From Methanobacteriota archaeon (GTDB lineage: Archaea > Halobacteriota > Bog-38 > Methanoflorentales > Methanoflorentaceae): 64,000 bases of DNA. The stretch is from the NCBI GenBank assembly GCA_963719035.1, contig CAVRAO010000002.1:672001-736000 (forward strand), read 5' to 3'. How positions within the stretch are numbered: the first letter of the stretch is position 1; each line of letters opens with the position of its first letter. A model generated the notes under the pieces. That model ran no database searches. It saw only the letters and a program-made list of their open reading frames with translations, and had not been told where the DNA came from. The position numbers and the translations under genes are program-made. Shown here one piece after another: positions 22,418-32,237 of the stretch.

Positions 22418-22672
22418 TCACTTCTTCGGCGGGCGAATCCATTGAGATAGGTCGGCGTCAAAATTAATATCAACCCCGTTTTGTTCGGGGACGGCGTTTC
22501 GAGTCACGCTAAAGATGCGCCAAACAACGAGAGATAATGCAAATAGTGCGATTCCTAGTATGCCGATGAATTTCTTGTTGCCAGCGTACAGTGCGAACAA
22601 GCTCGCAACTATCGCGATCACTACGAGCATAAGCAGGATAAGGTTCATTTTTAAAATGCGATTGAAGGCCAT
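22418..22672 (-). CDS. Small membrane protein (2 TM)
   Basis: Two hydrophobic segments. Confidence 0.55.
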   Translation of the reverse strand: MAFNRILKMNLILLMLVVIAIVASLFALYAGNKKFIGILGIALFALSLVVWRIFSVTRNAVPEQNGVDINFDADLSQWIRPPKK

Positions 22673-22787
22673 CAGTGAAGCGTCCGCGTGAAATATGACA
22701 AGTGGAATAAAGACAGAAACTACATAAAGCTTGTTCGTCGGCCCGAAAAGACGGTTCTTGCGTACAGACTCACGTTAGCACGTGCGT

Positions 22788-23549
22788 TCACGTGAGCAGC
22801 ACGGCTATTATGCCAGAAAGGAAGACCCCGTCGAATGTTCCAGCGCCCCCAATTGAAGCAACTGGCGCTCCGATTTTTTTGATTGCGCCCAAATTCGTTA
22901 TGTCGGCCCCAATGAGAGTGCCGAGCACCCCGCTTATGTAGGCTACGGCGAAGCCATTTTCGATTGTTGGAACCTGTGTCAGAACGAGAACAGTATAGAT
23001 GGCAGCGACGAGCGGGGAAACTAGTGCGGGGGAGACGATCCCAACTCCCACTACAGGTCTCGAGGTTAGATGGGAAACGATCGCCACAAGAATCACCCCG
23101 ACGATCGCAACGCCAGCGATTTCCGGAAATCGCCACAAGAGGTAAAGCGAGACAATTGACGGAATGAGGGCGCCACCAACGTTAATTGCAACGACCGTTT
23201 TTTTAGAACCATCGGCGGTCGCCGGCACGCGATAGGTCATGCCGAAAATGGAGATGTACGTGTCCTGTACTATACGCGCCTGTGATTCAAGCGTGAAAAG
23301 CGGTATGTTGACAAAGCTGCCTACAAGGACCGCGACAAGTAAAAGCGCAATGGTTTGAGCGGAAAACCCGATTCGCCCGAAAGCCGCACCGATTAGTCCA
23401 AGAAAGACAAAGATAACGAGCACGACTGCGGCGAATATGACAAATGCCGTTATGACCGGTGAAAATGGACTGTAGAAGAACCTTCGATGATCTGCCAAAA
23501 ACTGTCTCCAATCAGGTCCTTTTTTCGCGTCGGTCGAGCTTGCGAACAA
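22788..23549 (-). CDS. DUF1614 membrane protein
   Basis: GSFVNIPL, AINVGGALIP, GTLIGAD, SIGGAGTFDGVFLSGI. Confidence 0.9.
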   Translation of the reverse strand: MFASSTDAKKGPDWRQFLADHRRFFYSPFSPVITAFVIFAAVVLVIFVFLGLIGAAFGRIGFSAQTIALLLVAVLVGSFVNIPLFTLESQARIVQDTYISIFGMTYRVPATADGSKKTVVAINVGGALIPSIVSLYLLWRFPEIAGVAIVGVILVAIVSHLTSRPVVGVGIVSPALVSPLVAAIYTVLVLTQVPTIENGFAVAYISGVLGTLIGADITNLGAIKKIGAPVASIGGAGTFDGVFLSGIIAVLLT

Positions 23550-23957
23550 CTCAGGTAGGAGCGTGAATACCCACTAATTAAAAGTTTTTTTTGCATTGGT
23601 CAACGCGAGCGTAATAGGTATTGCGAAGCGACTGCAGCAACGAGATCGCGAGAAAAGAGGATTAGGTTTCGGCTTACTATGACCGCCTCGGCTGGCTGCT
23701 CCGCGATAATGCGAGGACGTTGGCAACTGGTCGAACGTCGTTGCGGCCCTGCCAACAACGCTTATTCGGAGCACCTCTTGGAAGAGCTGCGTTAAAATAA
23801 GCAGCGGTAGCGTTTAGAAGCAGCTTTACGAGACATGTCTCGGCGTGCTTTGCAGCAACGCCGGCTAGTTCACCTTTGCACTGCGCAACACAACAAGCTC
23901 GTTCTTGGGCTCTTGTCGAGAAGCTCAGTCAAAGGAATACAGCTTTAGCGCGCGTCA

Positions 23958-24773
23958 CTAGTATTCTCTCAAATCGAATCCTTTTGACGCTTTGACGTAG
24001 TGGTTAAACAGTCCGCGCCCCCACTCGATGCCTTGCTGGTTATAGCTGAGCAACTCGTCTGAGTAGTCGTAAGAGCCATCGAATCTAAAAAGACCGAGCA
24101 TAAAGAAATAATCAGTTACCGTTACAGCGACTTTTGGATTTTCTTCAATCACACATAGCTTAAGATTCGTCTTAAGCACATTCTTAAGCTCGCTGTGGTC
24201 CATAAGCTCTAGAATGGTGTCGCGCACTTCATCGGTTACGACGAGCCCGATCTGTATACCTTTTGCAGCGAGGTTGGCGAAAGTATCAAGCAAGTCTGGG
24301 GTGAATATGGGGAGAACCCCGCGTACCACTTTAGCTTTTTCGAGCAACTTGACAAAGGTCGAAAAGGCCTTGAAAACATCAGTTGGCGTGCTTGTCAAGA
24401 GCTGTGACTCATTCAGCACTCCTATGCTCTTAAGATAATCGTCTGGAATACTGCTTAAATCGTGTCCGAGCCAGAATTGGCCAAACTGCGTAATGACTTC
24501 AACGGTTTTTACAAAGCTTTCCAAGTGTAACGCGACAATCTTACCCGAGCTCGAAAGCAGGTAGTTACGCCTGCCGTCTTGCAAGGTAAGGCGTTGTTTC
24601 TCCAGCTCTCTAAGCGCGTGTATTGCTGCTGTTGAACTTGCTCCCGTTGCTTCACGCAATTCAGCGAGAGTTGTTGCGCCGTTATTAAGCGAGAGAATGA
24701 GGTTCTTCCGGAGATCGGAACATATCAATAACCTAGCGACGTCGGCTTGTGGTTCCAGCACCACTTCGTTCAT
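23958..24773 (-). CDS. wHTH transcriptional regulator, DUF1724/FilR1-like
   Basis: SDLRKNLILSL, LRELE, FWLGHDLSSIP, VTD.F..LGLF..DGSYD, WGRGLF. Confidence 0.85.
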   Translation of the reverse strand: MNEVVLEPQADVARLLICSDLRKNLILSLNNGATTLAELREATGASSTAAIHALRELEKQRLTLQDGRRNYLLSSSGKIVALHLESFVKTVEVITQFGQFWLGHDLSSIPDDYLKSIGVLNESQLLTSTPTDVFKAFSTFVKLLEKAKVVRGVLPIFTPDLLDTFANLAAKGIQIGLVVTDEVRDTILELMDHSELKNVLKTNLKLCVIEENPKVAVTVTDYFFMLGLFRFDGSYDYSDELLSYNQQGIEWGRGLFNHYVKASKGFDLREY

Positions 24774-24812
24774 TTTTATATCCCCCTGCTATTTTGTGCA
24801 GTTATTGTTTAA

Positions 24813-24870
24813 TTATATCAACGATGGTGAGTTATATCAACGATGCAACTAGATATAAAGCTTGCTATTT
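24813..24870 (-). promoter_or_regulatory. Promoter (TTTATA) with two TTATATCAACGATG direct repeats downstream of it
   Basis: Repeats at 24813-24826 and 24832-24845; TATA on the minus strand at ~24851-24860. Confidence 0.7.
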
Positions 24871-24995
24871 TAGTTAGTCCATAGATATTGCAAACTAAAA
24901 TTGAATGGATATATAATTATTGACTATTTATGTCAATATTTGTATCTATTAGTAACAAACCCGCTTAGTAACGGGTGAACTTCTCTACGATCTAA

Positions 24996-25911
24996 TCAAA
25001 ACGCCGGCCAGCCCAAAAAGAAGGGGATCGCATATAGCGCAAGCAAAATATTCTCCCCATCTACAAGCATATCTTCGTATTTGTTTGACTCCGCATTTGC
25101 TCTCGTGTAGCGAAGGATGTACCAATATCCATAAAGGAGGCTGATCACTAAAACGATATGGTACGGGTGAAATAGACCGTTAAAAAAAGAGAAACCAATC
25201 CACACGATAAGTGTTGAGTTAAGCAGTAGCAGGAGATTTCGCGTCTTTTGCCTGCCCAGGTATAACGGTATAGTCCGCGTCCCTGCTTTTCGATCACCCT
25301 CCATATCTCGAACGTCAAGGACCACGGTGTTAATAAAAATCTTCAGAAAAATGAAATAAGCGACGAGGACGATGATGAATACGTTGCTGACATGAATGAC
25401 AATGTGGCAGAAGAACCGCTCCGAACGTAATTGCGCTGGCTATAATAAGATTCTTCATAAAAAGAGCGTGTTTTATCCTCAATTTACTCACGCCAACGCT
25501 ATAAAAGGCGCCGAGCATAAAAAGGAACGAGAATTAAGAGGATCGCATAGGGATTGGCAAAGAAAGCGAAGACTATCGCAATATTGATTGACTCAATACT
25601 TAATAAAAAGAAGATAGTTGCGGTACTTCTTTGACAAATCGAAATCTGTCGGGCAGAGTTTACGGAATCCTCTTCAAAGTCTGTGACTTTGTTAAGGCTG
25701 TATACTGACACGCCAAGAAAGAAACGTGGCAGCTAGTAACAAATAGCTGATTGACGTGCCTTGGAGCAGAAAGGAGACGTAAAGTAACCCCACTAACGCC
25801 GCTGCCGTGAAGACTGAACTAACCGTGATGAATAAGGAGATGCGTTCTAGTCGCGAGTGGGTTGTGGCAAACGAAAAAAATCAAGAAGTCCTTTTCTGAC
25901 GCTCCGTTCAA
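24996..25911 (-). CDS. UbiA-family prenyltransferase (several frameshifts)
   Basis: YSLNKVTDFEED, YS..., MKNLIIA, DVRDMEGDRKAGTRTIP motifs spread over three frames. Confidence 0.8.
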
Positions 25912-25951
25912 TTCGTTTATCTCCTTGCTATTGCGTGCATCAATTGTAAAG

Positions 25952-26010
25952 TTATGTCAACGATGCTAAGTTTAGGTCAAAGATGTAAAAAGATATAAAA
26001 CTTGCTGCGC
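25952..26010 (-). promoter_or_regulatory. Paralogous promoter with TTATGTCAACGATG / TTAGGTCAAAGATG repeats
   Basis: Repeats at 25952-25965 and 25972-25985, then agatataaaacttgct (compare agatataaagcttgct at 24851). Confidence 0.7.
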
Positions 26011-26162
26011 TATTTTAGCATATAGATCAATACTAAACAAAGTTAAATGGAAGGATAATTGATGACTAAAAACAAAAATCTTTGTGCTAAGCTGCAACAA
26101 ATCGTCTAGCGTGAATGAGCCCGCTTGTTACGTCTTAACAAAGGTGCGAAACGGGCATATCG

Positions 26163-26998
26163 TTAAAGAACAACGACTTCTGCCTGCTCGACATAATACT
26201 CAAAGAGCTTTCTTCCCCAGCTAAGCGCGTCTTCGCTGTAGCTTAGAAGTTCGTTTGACCAGTCGTACGACCCGTCTGGCCTGAAGAAACCAAGCTCCAG
26301 AAAGTAGTCAGTGAGCGTGAATGCGATAGAAGGTTGACGTTCAATCGTATAGAGCTTGAGATTTCCTTCAAGAGCTTCTTTAAGAGCTTCTTTAAGCTCA
26401 GTTGATCCGCGTCTTTGAGCACCGCCTCTAAAACGTCAGGCGTAACGACAAGTTCAATGTAAACGCCTTTGGCCACGTAAATTTAACGAAATTAGTCGAA
26501 GAGTTCTGCGTATGAAGATAGGGGATACGCCGCGTATTTCTTTGGCGTTTTCGAGCAGCATATAGAAAGTGGAAACGATCTTAAAAAGATCGGTCGGCGT
26601 ACTGGATATAACTTCCGAATCCTCGAGGCATCCGATCTTGTCGAGCAGGCTAATCGGAATCCCGCTTAGATCGTGCTCGAGCCAAAATGCCTGTTTTTTG
26701 AGAGCGCGTTGATTGCTGACGTTGGTCTCTTCCAACTTTCGCATTACGATCTCGCCAATGTTTGTCAGCAAGTAGTTGCGTTGCTCGTCTTGATAGGTGA
26801 GATTCTCTTTTGCCAGCTCTCTTAACGCATGCACCGCCGCTGGTGAGCTGGCGCCTACTTGTTCGCTCAGTTGAGAGAGCGTGAGGCTTTTGCCATCTCG
26901 AAGTGCTTCAGCAAGATTTTTCGTAAATCAGAGCACGCTAATAGCTGGAGAATTTTATGAACGGCTTGCTCTTCTTCTTTCGTTTCAGTCTCGTTCAT
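26163..26998 (-). CDS. Second DUF1724/FilR1-like wHTH regulator (frameshifted)
   Basis: CSDLRK, HALREL, FWLEHDLSGIP, STPTDLFK, TDYFLELGFFRPDGSYDW, WGRKLF; paralog of 23958..24773. Confidence 0.8.
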
Positions 26999-27409
26999 CT
27001 TTTTGCCCCTGCGTGCTCGTTAATCTGAAAGTAACCAACTCACCAATAGTGTTCGAATTGTATACAATTAATGGTTTCGCTTAATTTAAACTGTGTCCAT
27101 TTTATTTAGCTTTCTTTTATTCTTTAATAAGTAACATCGGATTTAACTTTTAACATTTAATTTATAGTTTAACTAAAAGTATAACTATTGATAACATTTA
27201 ATAACTTTTAAATACTTTAACAATAATTAGATTGTGCACACCTAGAGAGAGAGGCTGAGCAAAACATGAAAAACTCAACAACAAAAAATCCGAGCAACTC
27301 TAAGTGCATGCTTCGTTACGTACTAAAAAGATCAGCCACTCTCTCGCGGAGTGCGTTTAAAGACAGACAAATGATGAAGAGTCATATTATTTGCATCGAG
27401 GATGTTTAA

Positions 27410-28222
27410 ATGGCGACGGCAGACCCTTCAAGAGTTATCGGGGTTACCTATCAAGACCCAAAAGGCAAAGATGCCGTTCTGCTGAATGCACCTGATATCA
27501 AAGTCAAGCTTTTAGCGAATGCAGAGCTTTCCGGCTTCTTATTCAAAGATAAAAACAATGGCGAAGAGAATTGTCTGAACGGATTAAACATCACAGGGGT
27601 CATTTACGAAGATGAAGACTCCTCCGTTGAGAGTATTTTGACTGCCCGCAAGGTGCTGGGTATTATCTACCAAGAGAGTACGGCTGCCGACCGCACCATC
27701 TTAAGCCGGTCTAAGCTGCTGGGCGTTACGTACCAAGACGCAGGGAGCTCTGAAGTAAAACTGCTCGGCGGACCGCAGCTGAACGCACGGATCCTCAACG
27801 GCTCGAGAATTACCGGCGTCGTCTATCGAGACGAAGGGGGGATAACCGCCTCGTCCTTACGCGAATCGGTTTTAACAGGAGTGATTTACAAAGAACAAAA
27901 CGCCCGTGAGGAGGATGTCCTGACTAGTCTGAAGATCATTGGCATCATCTACCGGGATATTACACCCCCGAGTCGCGTTACACGTCGCGCACGGAAGGTG
28001 GAAGCGCCTACGGGAAATGGATTTCTCAGGGTCGAGCGCTTATTATTGTACCTCTTACCGATCATTGGCGTCCTTGGGCTCGTCGTGCCGTACACATTGG
28101 AGCAGTTTCAAACCACTATTCTGATCTCATTTCTCGCTGTGCCGTTAATTGTCATACCTGTAGCCTACCTACTCTACCACAAGTATTACGGCCGAGAGAG
28201 GTCGACCGCACACAGTTCCTAA
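27410..28222 (+). CDS. Novel 8-repeat protein with two C-terminal TM helices
   Basis: Units of 31-21-21-21-31-21-21 aa with ITGV(I/V)Y core; TM IIGVLGLVVP. Confidence 0.85.
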   Translation: MATADPSRVIGVTYQDPKGKDAVLLNAPDIKVKLLANAELSGFLFKDKNNGEENCLNGLNITGVIYEDEDSSVESILTARKVLGIIYQESTAADRTILSRSKLLGVTYQDAGSSEVKLLGGPQLNARILNGSRITGVVYRDEGGITASSLRESVLTGVIYKEQNAREEDVLTSLKIIGIIYRDITPPSRVTRRARKVEAPTGNGFLRVERLLLYLLPIIGVLGLVVPYTLEQFQTTILISFLAVPLIVIPVAYLLYHKYYGRERSTAHSS

Positions 28223-28232
28223 AGGGGTTAAC

Positions 28233-28784
28233 ATGAAGAACTTAAGTGGAGCAAAGATTACAGGCATCATCTACTTAGACGAAGTGACTGACGAAAAGAA
28301 GCTGTCTAGCAGGATGAACATTAAAGTCAAACTCTTGACTCACTCAAAAGTGGTCGGCGTCCTGTATCGGAGAGAGAGTGCCGATGAGAGTATTCTAAGT
28401 GACTTACAGCTCGACGGGCTTACGTATTGGACAACGGGAGAGGATGATGACCGGATCCTCGAAGCGTCAAAAATCACGGCCATACTGTACGGAGAGCCCG
28501 CCGCTCTCGACAACCAAGCGCTTTGTGACCTGCGGATCAAGGGTTTGATTTATCAAGACGAGGGATCCGACAAGGCAAAGCTCTTGGCAGACTTCAGTCA
28601 CACCGTGCACATCGTGCCGTGGCCACAGGTGACCGGCGTCCTCTGTCGACAAAATGGTTCTCTTGACAAGAAGATCTTTGAAAGCGCAAGCCTGAGCGGC
28701 TTTTTGTACCAGGACGAGGGTCATAAAGACGTAAATCTCGTAAGCGGGGTGAGGATATGCGGCGTTCTGTGCGAACAGGCTTGA
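28233..28784 (+). CDS. Novel 8-repeat protein, soluble
   Basis: Units of 31-20-21-21-31-21-21 aa; GGGG RBS-like sequence upstream. Confidence 0.82.
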   Translation: MKNLSGAKITGIIYLDEVTDEKKLSSRMNIKVKLLTHSKVVGVLYRRESADESILSDLQLDGLTYWTTGEDDDRILEASKITAILYGEPAALDNQALCDLRIKGLIYQDEGSDKAKLLADFSHTVHIVPWPQVTGVLCRQNGSLDKKIFESASLSGFLYQDEGHKDVNLVSGVRICGVLCEQA

Positions 28785-29054
28785 TTGCTATGATTCTTAA
28801 ACGTAGTTTCATCAATTGCGTGGACGTGAGACGTTGCGCGCTCAATGGCACTTATCCGGTCCGCAACAGAATTAGGAATTCCGCACGAAGAGGGGGGCTC
28901 CCTGCATGACCGAGGCAGAAATGTTAATATGTACATGCTGTGGCAAGCCGGTCCGAATGAACCCGCTCAATGGCTACACGTTATGTCCCTTTTGCATCGC
29001 AAAAAATGAACACACGGATACACACGACACAACCGATAAAGGAGGGGTCGCTGA

Positions 29055-30164
29055 ATGAAAATCGCCGTTTTTGTCAATACCCAGGCTGAAGCACATTTCT
29101 ACAAGAACATCATAGCCGCGCTTGAACGTGATGGCAATCAGGTCTTCGTGCTCGCACGTGACTGTGGGGGAACGACGGATCTGCTCAATGAACTCAACAT
29201 TCCTTTTTTCCAGTTCTCGAGTCCGCCCGGGCCCGAATCGAGGATAACCACGTCGATTCCGAACGATGTCGTGAACGCCTTTCGATATCTGAAGGAGAAA
29301 AACATCGACTTGACCACGGGCTGTGGCACCTATAGCACCTTCACCGCCTGCTTGCTCAAGGTTCCTGACATCGCTTTCAATGACTGCGAGAGCACAATGA
29401 ATGCCGAACGTTACGCGCTGTTCAAACTCACGTATCAGTTCACCGATGTTTTCGTGACACCGTCATCGTTCAAACGTGAGCTGGGTTCAAAGCACTGCAA
29501 AGTGGAGAGTTACAAAGAGCTCGCGTACCTGCATCCCAATTACTACACGCCCGACCCAGCCGTTTTTGATCTCCTGGACATTCCCAGAAGCCATGACTAC
29601 AGTGTGCTGCGGTTCAACGATTTTGAAGGCCCACACGACCCCAGCGTCAACGGGCTGACTGACGCTGACAAAATAGCCCTCGTGAAAGAGCTCAGCGACT
29701 ACGGAGAGGTCTTTGTTTCATCCGAACGCGCGGTTCCAGAGGCGCTTCAAGAGTACGCGCTCGACGTGCCGAAGCACAGAATTCACGACGTCCTAAGCTA
29801 TGCGTCGTTGTTTGTCACCGACACGCAGACTATGGCGACAGAAGCCGCGCTTCTCGGCACGCCAACAATTCGGTTTAGCCCCTTGATGGGCGACTGTGAC
29901 CCAGTCTTCATCGAGCTTGAACGTGAATTTCGATTGCTCTTCAACTTAAAGACCGCATCAGAAGTCGCCGCAAAGGCGGTCCAACTTATCGAGGCCCCCC
30001 ACGTAACGGAAGACTGGCAAAAGAAACGCGAAAGATTGTTAGATAGAAAGCTCGATATGACGGCGCTGATGGTTTCGCTGATCGAAGAGTTTCCCGCAAG
30101 CTTTGCGTATATGAATGCCAACCGTGCTTTGCGGGGCATCCCTATCCTTGAACAACGTATTTGA
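29055..30164 (+). CDS. DUF354 glycosyltransferase-like protein
   Basis: AHFYKN, YKELAYLHP, TMATEAALLGTP. Confidence 0.85.
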   Translation: MKIAVFVNTQAEAHFYKNIIAALERDGNQVFVLARDCGGTTDLLNELNIPFFQFSSPPGPESRITTSIPNDVVNAFRYLKEKNIDLTTGCGTYSTFTACLLKVPDIAFNDCESTMNAERYALFKLTYQFTDVFVTPSSFKRELGSKHCKVESYKELAYLHPNYYTPDPAVFDLLDIPRSHDYSVLRFNDFEGPHDPSVNGLTDADKIALVKELSDYGEVFVSSERAVPEALQEYALDVPKHRIHDVLSYASLFVTDTQTMATEAALLGTPTIRFSPLMGDCDPVFIELEREFRLLFNLKTASEVAAKAVQLIEAPHVTEDWQKKRERLLDRKLDMTALMVSLIEEFPASFAYMNANRALRGIPILEQRI

Positions 30165-30258
30165 TACGTCCCAAGCGGCGTTCAATGGAGTAAACCGTCT
30201 GGTGCTGACGAATTACGCACGCGACGAGCGAATCGATTGATCAAAGGGGAAATTATCG

Positions 30259-30993
30259 ATGTCACTGATGATATCACCGGATCGGCAAACGTGCGAGGCG
30301 ACGGAGACGGTAGCGGTCATTATTCCGACGTTAAATGAAGGGTGCTCAATCGGCAAGGTCATCGAGGGTGTGCCCGTCGCCGACCTCTTGAAGAATGGAC
30401 TCAAAACTGCGGTGTACGTAATCGATGGGCGATCCAACGACAACACGAGGGAGATCGCCGTCGAAAAGGGTGCAAAAATAATGCTCGAAGATCGGCAGGG
30501 AAAGGGGTCGGCCATTCAAACGGCATTTAAATCCGTCACTGCTGACTACGAGATCATGATTGACGGCGACAATACGTACCCGATCGAAATGGCGACCCAG
30601 ATGGTACGTCTACTGAAGAAATACGACGTCGTCATGGGATCGCGACTCAATGGGATAATAGAACCGGGAGCGATGACTCACCTTAACGTCGTGGGGAACG
30701 TTCTCCTCTCGCTCCTTGCGTGGGTGCTGTTTGGTGTGCGTGTCAGCGACGTGTGCACGGGTTTCTGGGGCTACCGAAACGACGCGATTCGGCGCTTGAC
30801 GCTCACAGCGCGCGGCTTTGAAATTGAAGCCGATATGTTCGCTGAATGTGTAAGAAAAGGCTTGCGGATTGCGGAAATCCCAATCACCTACCGCGCTCGC
30901 GAGGATCGACCGAAGCTTTCTTCAATTAGAGATGGCATCAAAATCGGTCTTTTTTTGTGTAAGCGACGTTTTCAGCCGGAGCCTCATAAATGA
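30259..30993 (+). CDS. GT2 glycosyltransferase (DPM synthase-like)
   Basis: IPTLNE, DGRSNDNT, GKG, DGDNTYP, GSR, FEIE. Confidence 0.9.
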   Translation: MSLMISPDRQTCEATETVAVIIPTLNEGCSIGKVIEGVPVADLLKNGLKTAVYVIDGRSNDNTREIAVEKGAKIMLEDRQGKGSAIQTAFKSVTADYEIMIDGDNTYPIEMATQMVRLLKKYDVVMGSRLNGIIEPGAMTHLNVVGNVLLSLLAWVLFGVRVSDVCTGFWGYRNDAIRRLTLTARGFEIEADMFAECVRKGLRIAEIPITYRAREDRPKLSSIRDGIKIGLFLCKRRFQPEPHK

Positions 30994-31976
30994 AGGTTGT
31001 GCACTGCACTGCCTGTAATAAACCTGTTGTCACGCACCACGATACTCAATATGTGCTCTGTCCGTGGTGCGTGAGGCATCGGTCACGCAGTTGGTTTTTG
31101 ATTCGGTCATATCCTTGTGATCACAACGCGCGCATTCGCTGTGAACTCGCGCTGAAAAACCAAGCACCGCTGCACCGAATTGACAAAAAGTTGTAGCACC
31201 GATACATCCTCTGACAAAATGAACGCCAAAGTATTCGCACTAAGCTGTAAACACTCAGAAGAATGCCCCGCTTTTTTAAAGGGATTAGGCTTTACACTAT
31301 CAATCTACCCAGTCACCATATTCGCGAAGCTGTTCGATCTCAATAGACGGTGGCGCGCGCCTGTGCTTTACCGACTCTCCTGCGGCAAGGATCACAAGAA
31401 GTCCAAGCATGCCTACCTCACGCAGGGCTTCGGTAGCTCGTGTGACAATTTTTCGGCGCGGTATAAAGGACTTGACGTGTGAGCCCAAGAACGGCTTTTC
31501 AGGTTCATGGTTCAATCGCTGCAAACTTTCTTGCGTCATAGCTGTCACTTAATACTTATTGCTCAAGCTTGTTAATATATAAATTTTCTCGTAATAACTA
31601 AATAACATATCAACAATTATAGTCAATATTGTCTTTTCTTGACAACATTGTACGCTTACCCTACCTGGCAATTGAATGGTGCTCACCACAATATAAAGAT
31701 ACCGAAATTGTTCTCTATTATGGCATCGTCCGTCAAAAAAGCAAGCTTCTGCCATCTCGCCGGCACCTTAGCATTATCCTTGATCTCGAGAGCGGGTCGT
31801 GCCCAGACTAAACCCAGTCGCACTAAAACTTCCTTCAGAAAGCGACGGCGGTTCTAAGATCGAGCCGTGCGGGCATGGCATCACTCCTGCTATGCACATC
31901 CCCCTCACAACATGTTCTCGAACCACAGACGACCCGAGATATCGTGTTTTTATACTAGTGGCACAAATCGTTCGTT

Positions 31977-32237
31977 ATGTCGGTGATACTGACGCTCACG
32001 TCGACGACGACTGGAGGCGCAATGACCTCAACGACGTCCGGGATTGCTCTGACAGACATGCTAAATGGCGCTCTCATCGTTTCAATTGCGCTTATTGCGT
32101 CACTGGTCGCAACGGAACTGCTGTCGTTATGCCAAGGCTGGAACAATAAGACGGCCGCGACGGTACGCGGAATCAACCTGACACTCCTGATCGTCTTTTG
32201 CGTCTCTGTGGGGTTCACCGCGGCCCGGCTAGTGTAG
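31977..32237 (+). CDS. Small membrane protein with Thr/Ser-rich N-terminus
   Basis: TSTTT tract followed by two TM segments. Confidence 0.5.
   Translation: MSVILTLTSTTTGGAMTSTTSGIALTDMLNGALIVSIALIASLVATELLSLCQGWNNKTAATVRGINLTLLIVFCVSVGFTAARLV

Noticed and set aside
19207-28784. Assigning the 8-repeat proteins to pentapeptide, hexapeptide, WD40, MORN or jacalin families
   Set aside because: The 21/31-aa period and consensus do not match those signatures. Only a vague ITGI similarity to beta-prism strands was noted.
30990-31860. Short ORFs between GT2 and the small membrane gene
   Set aside because: No motifs, overlapping on both strands, and likely intergenic.
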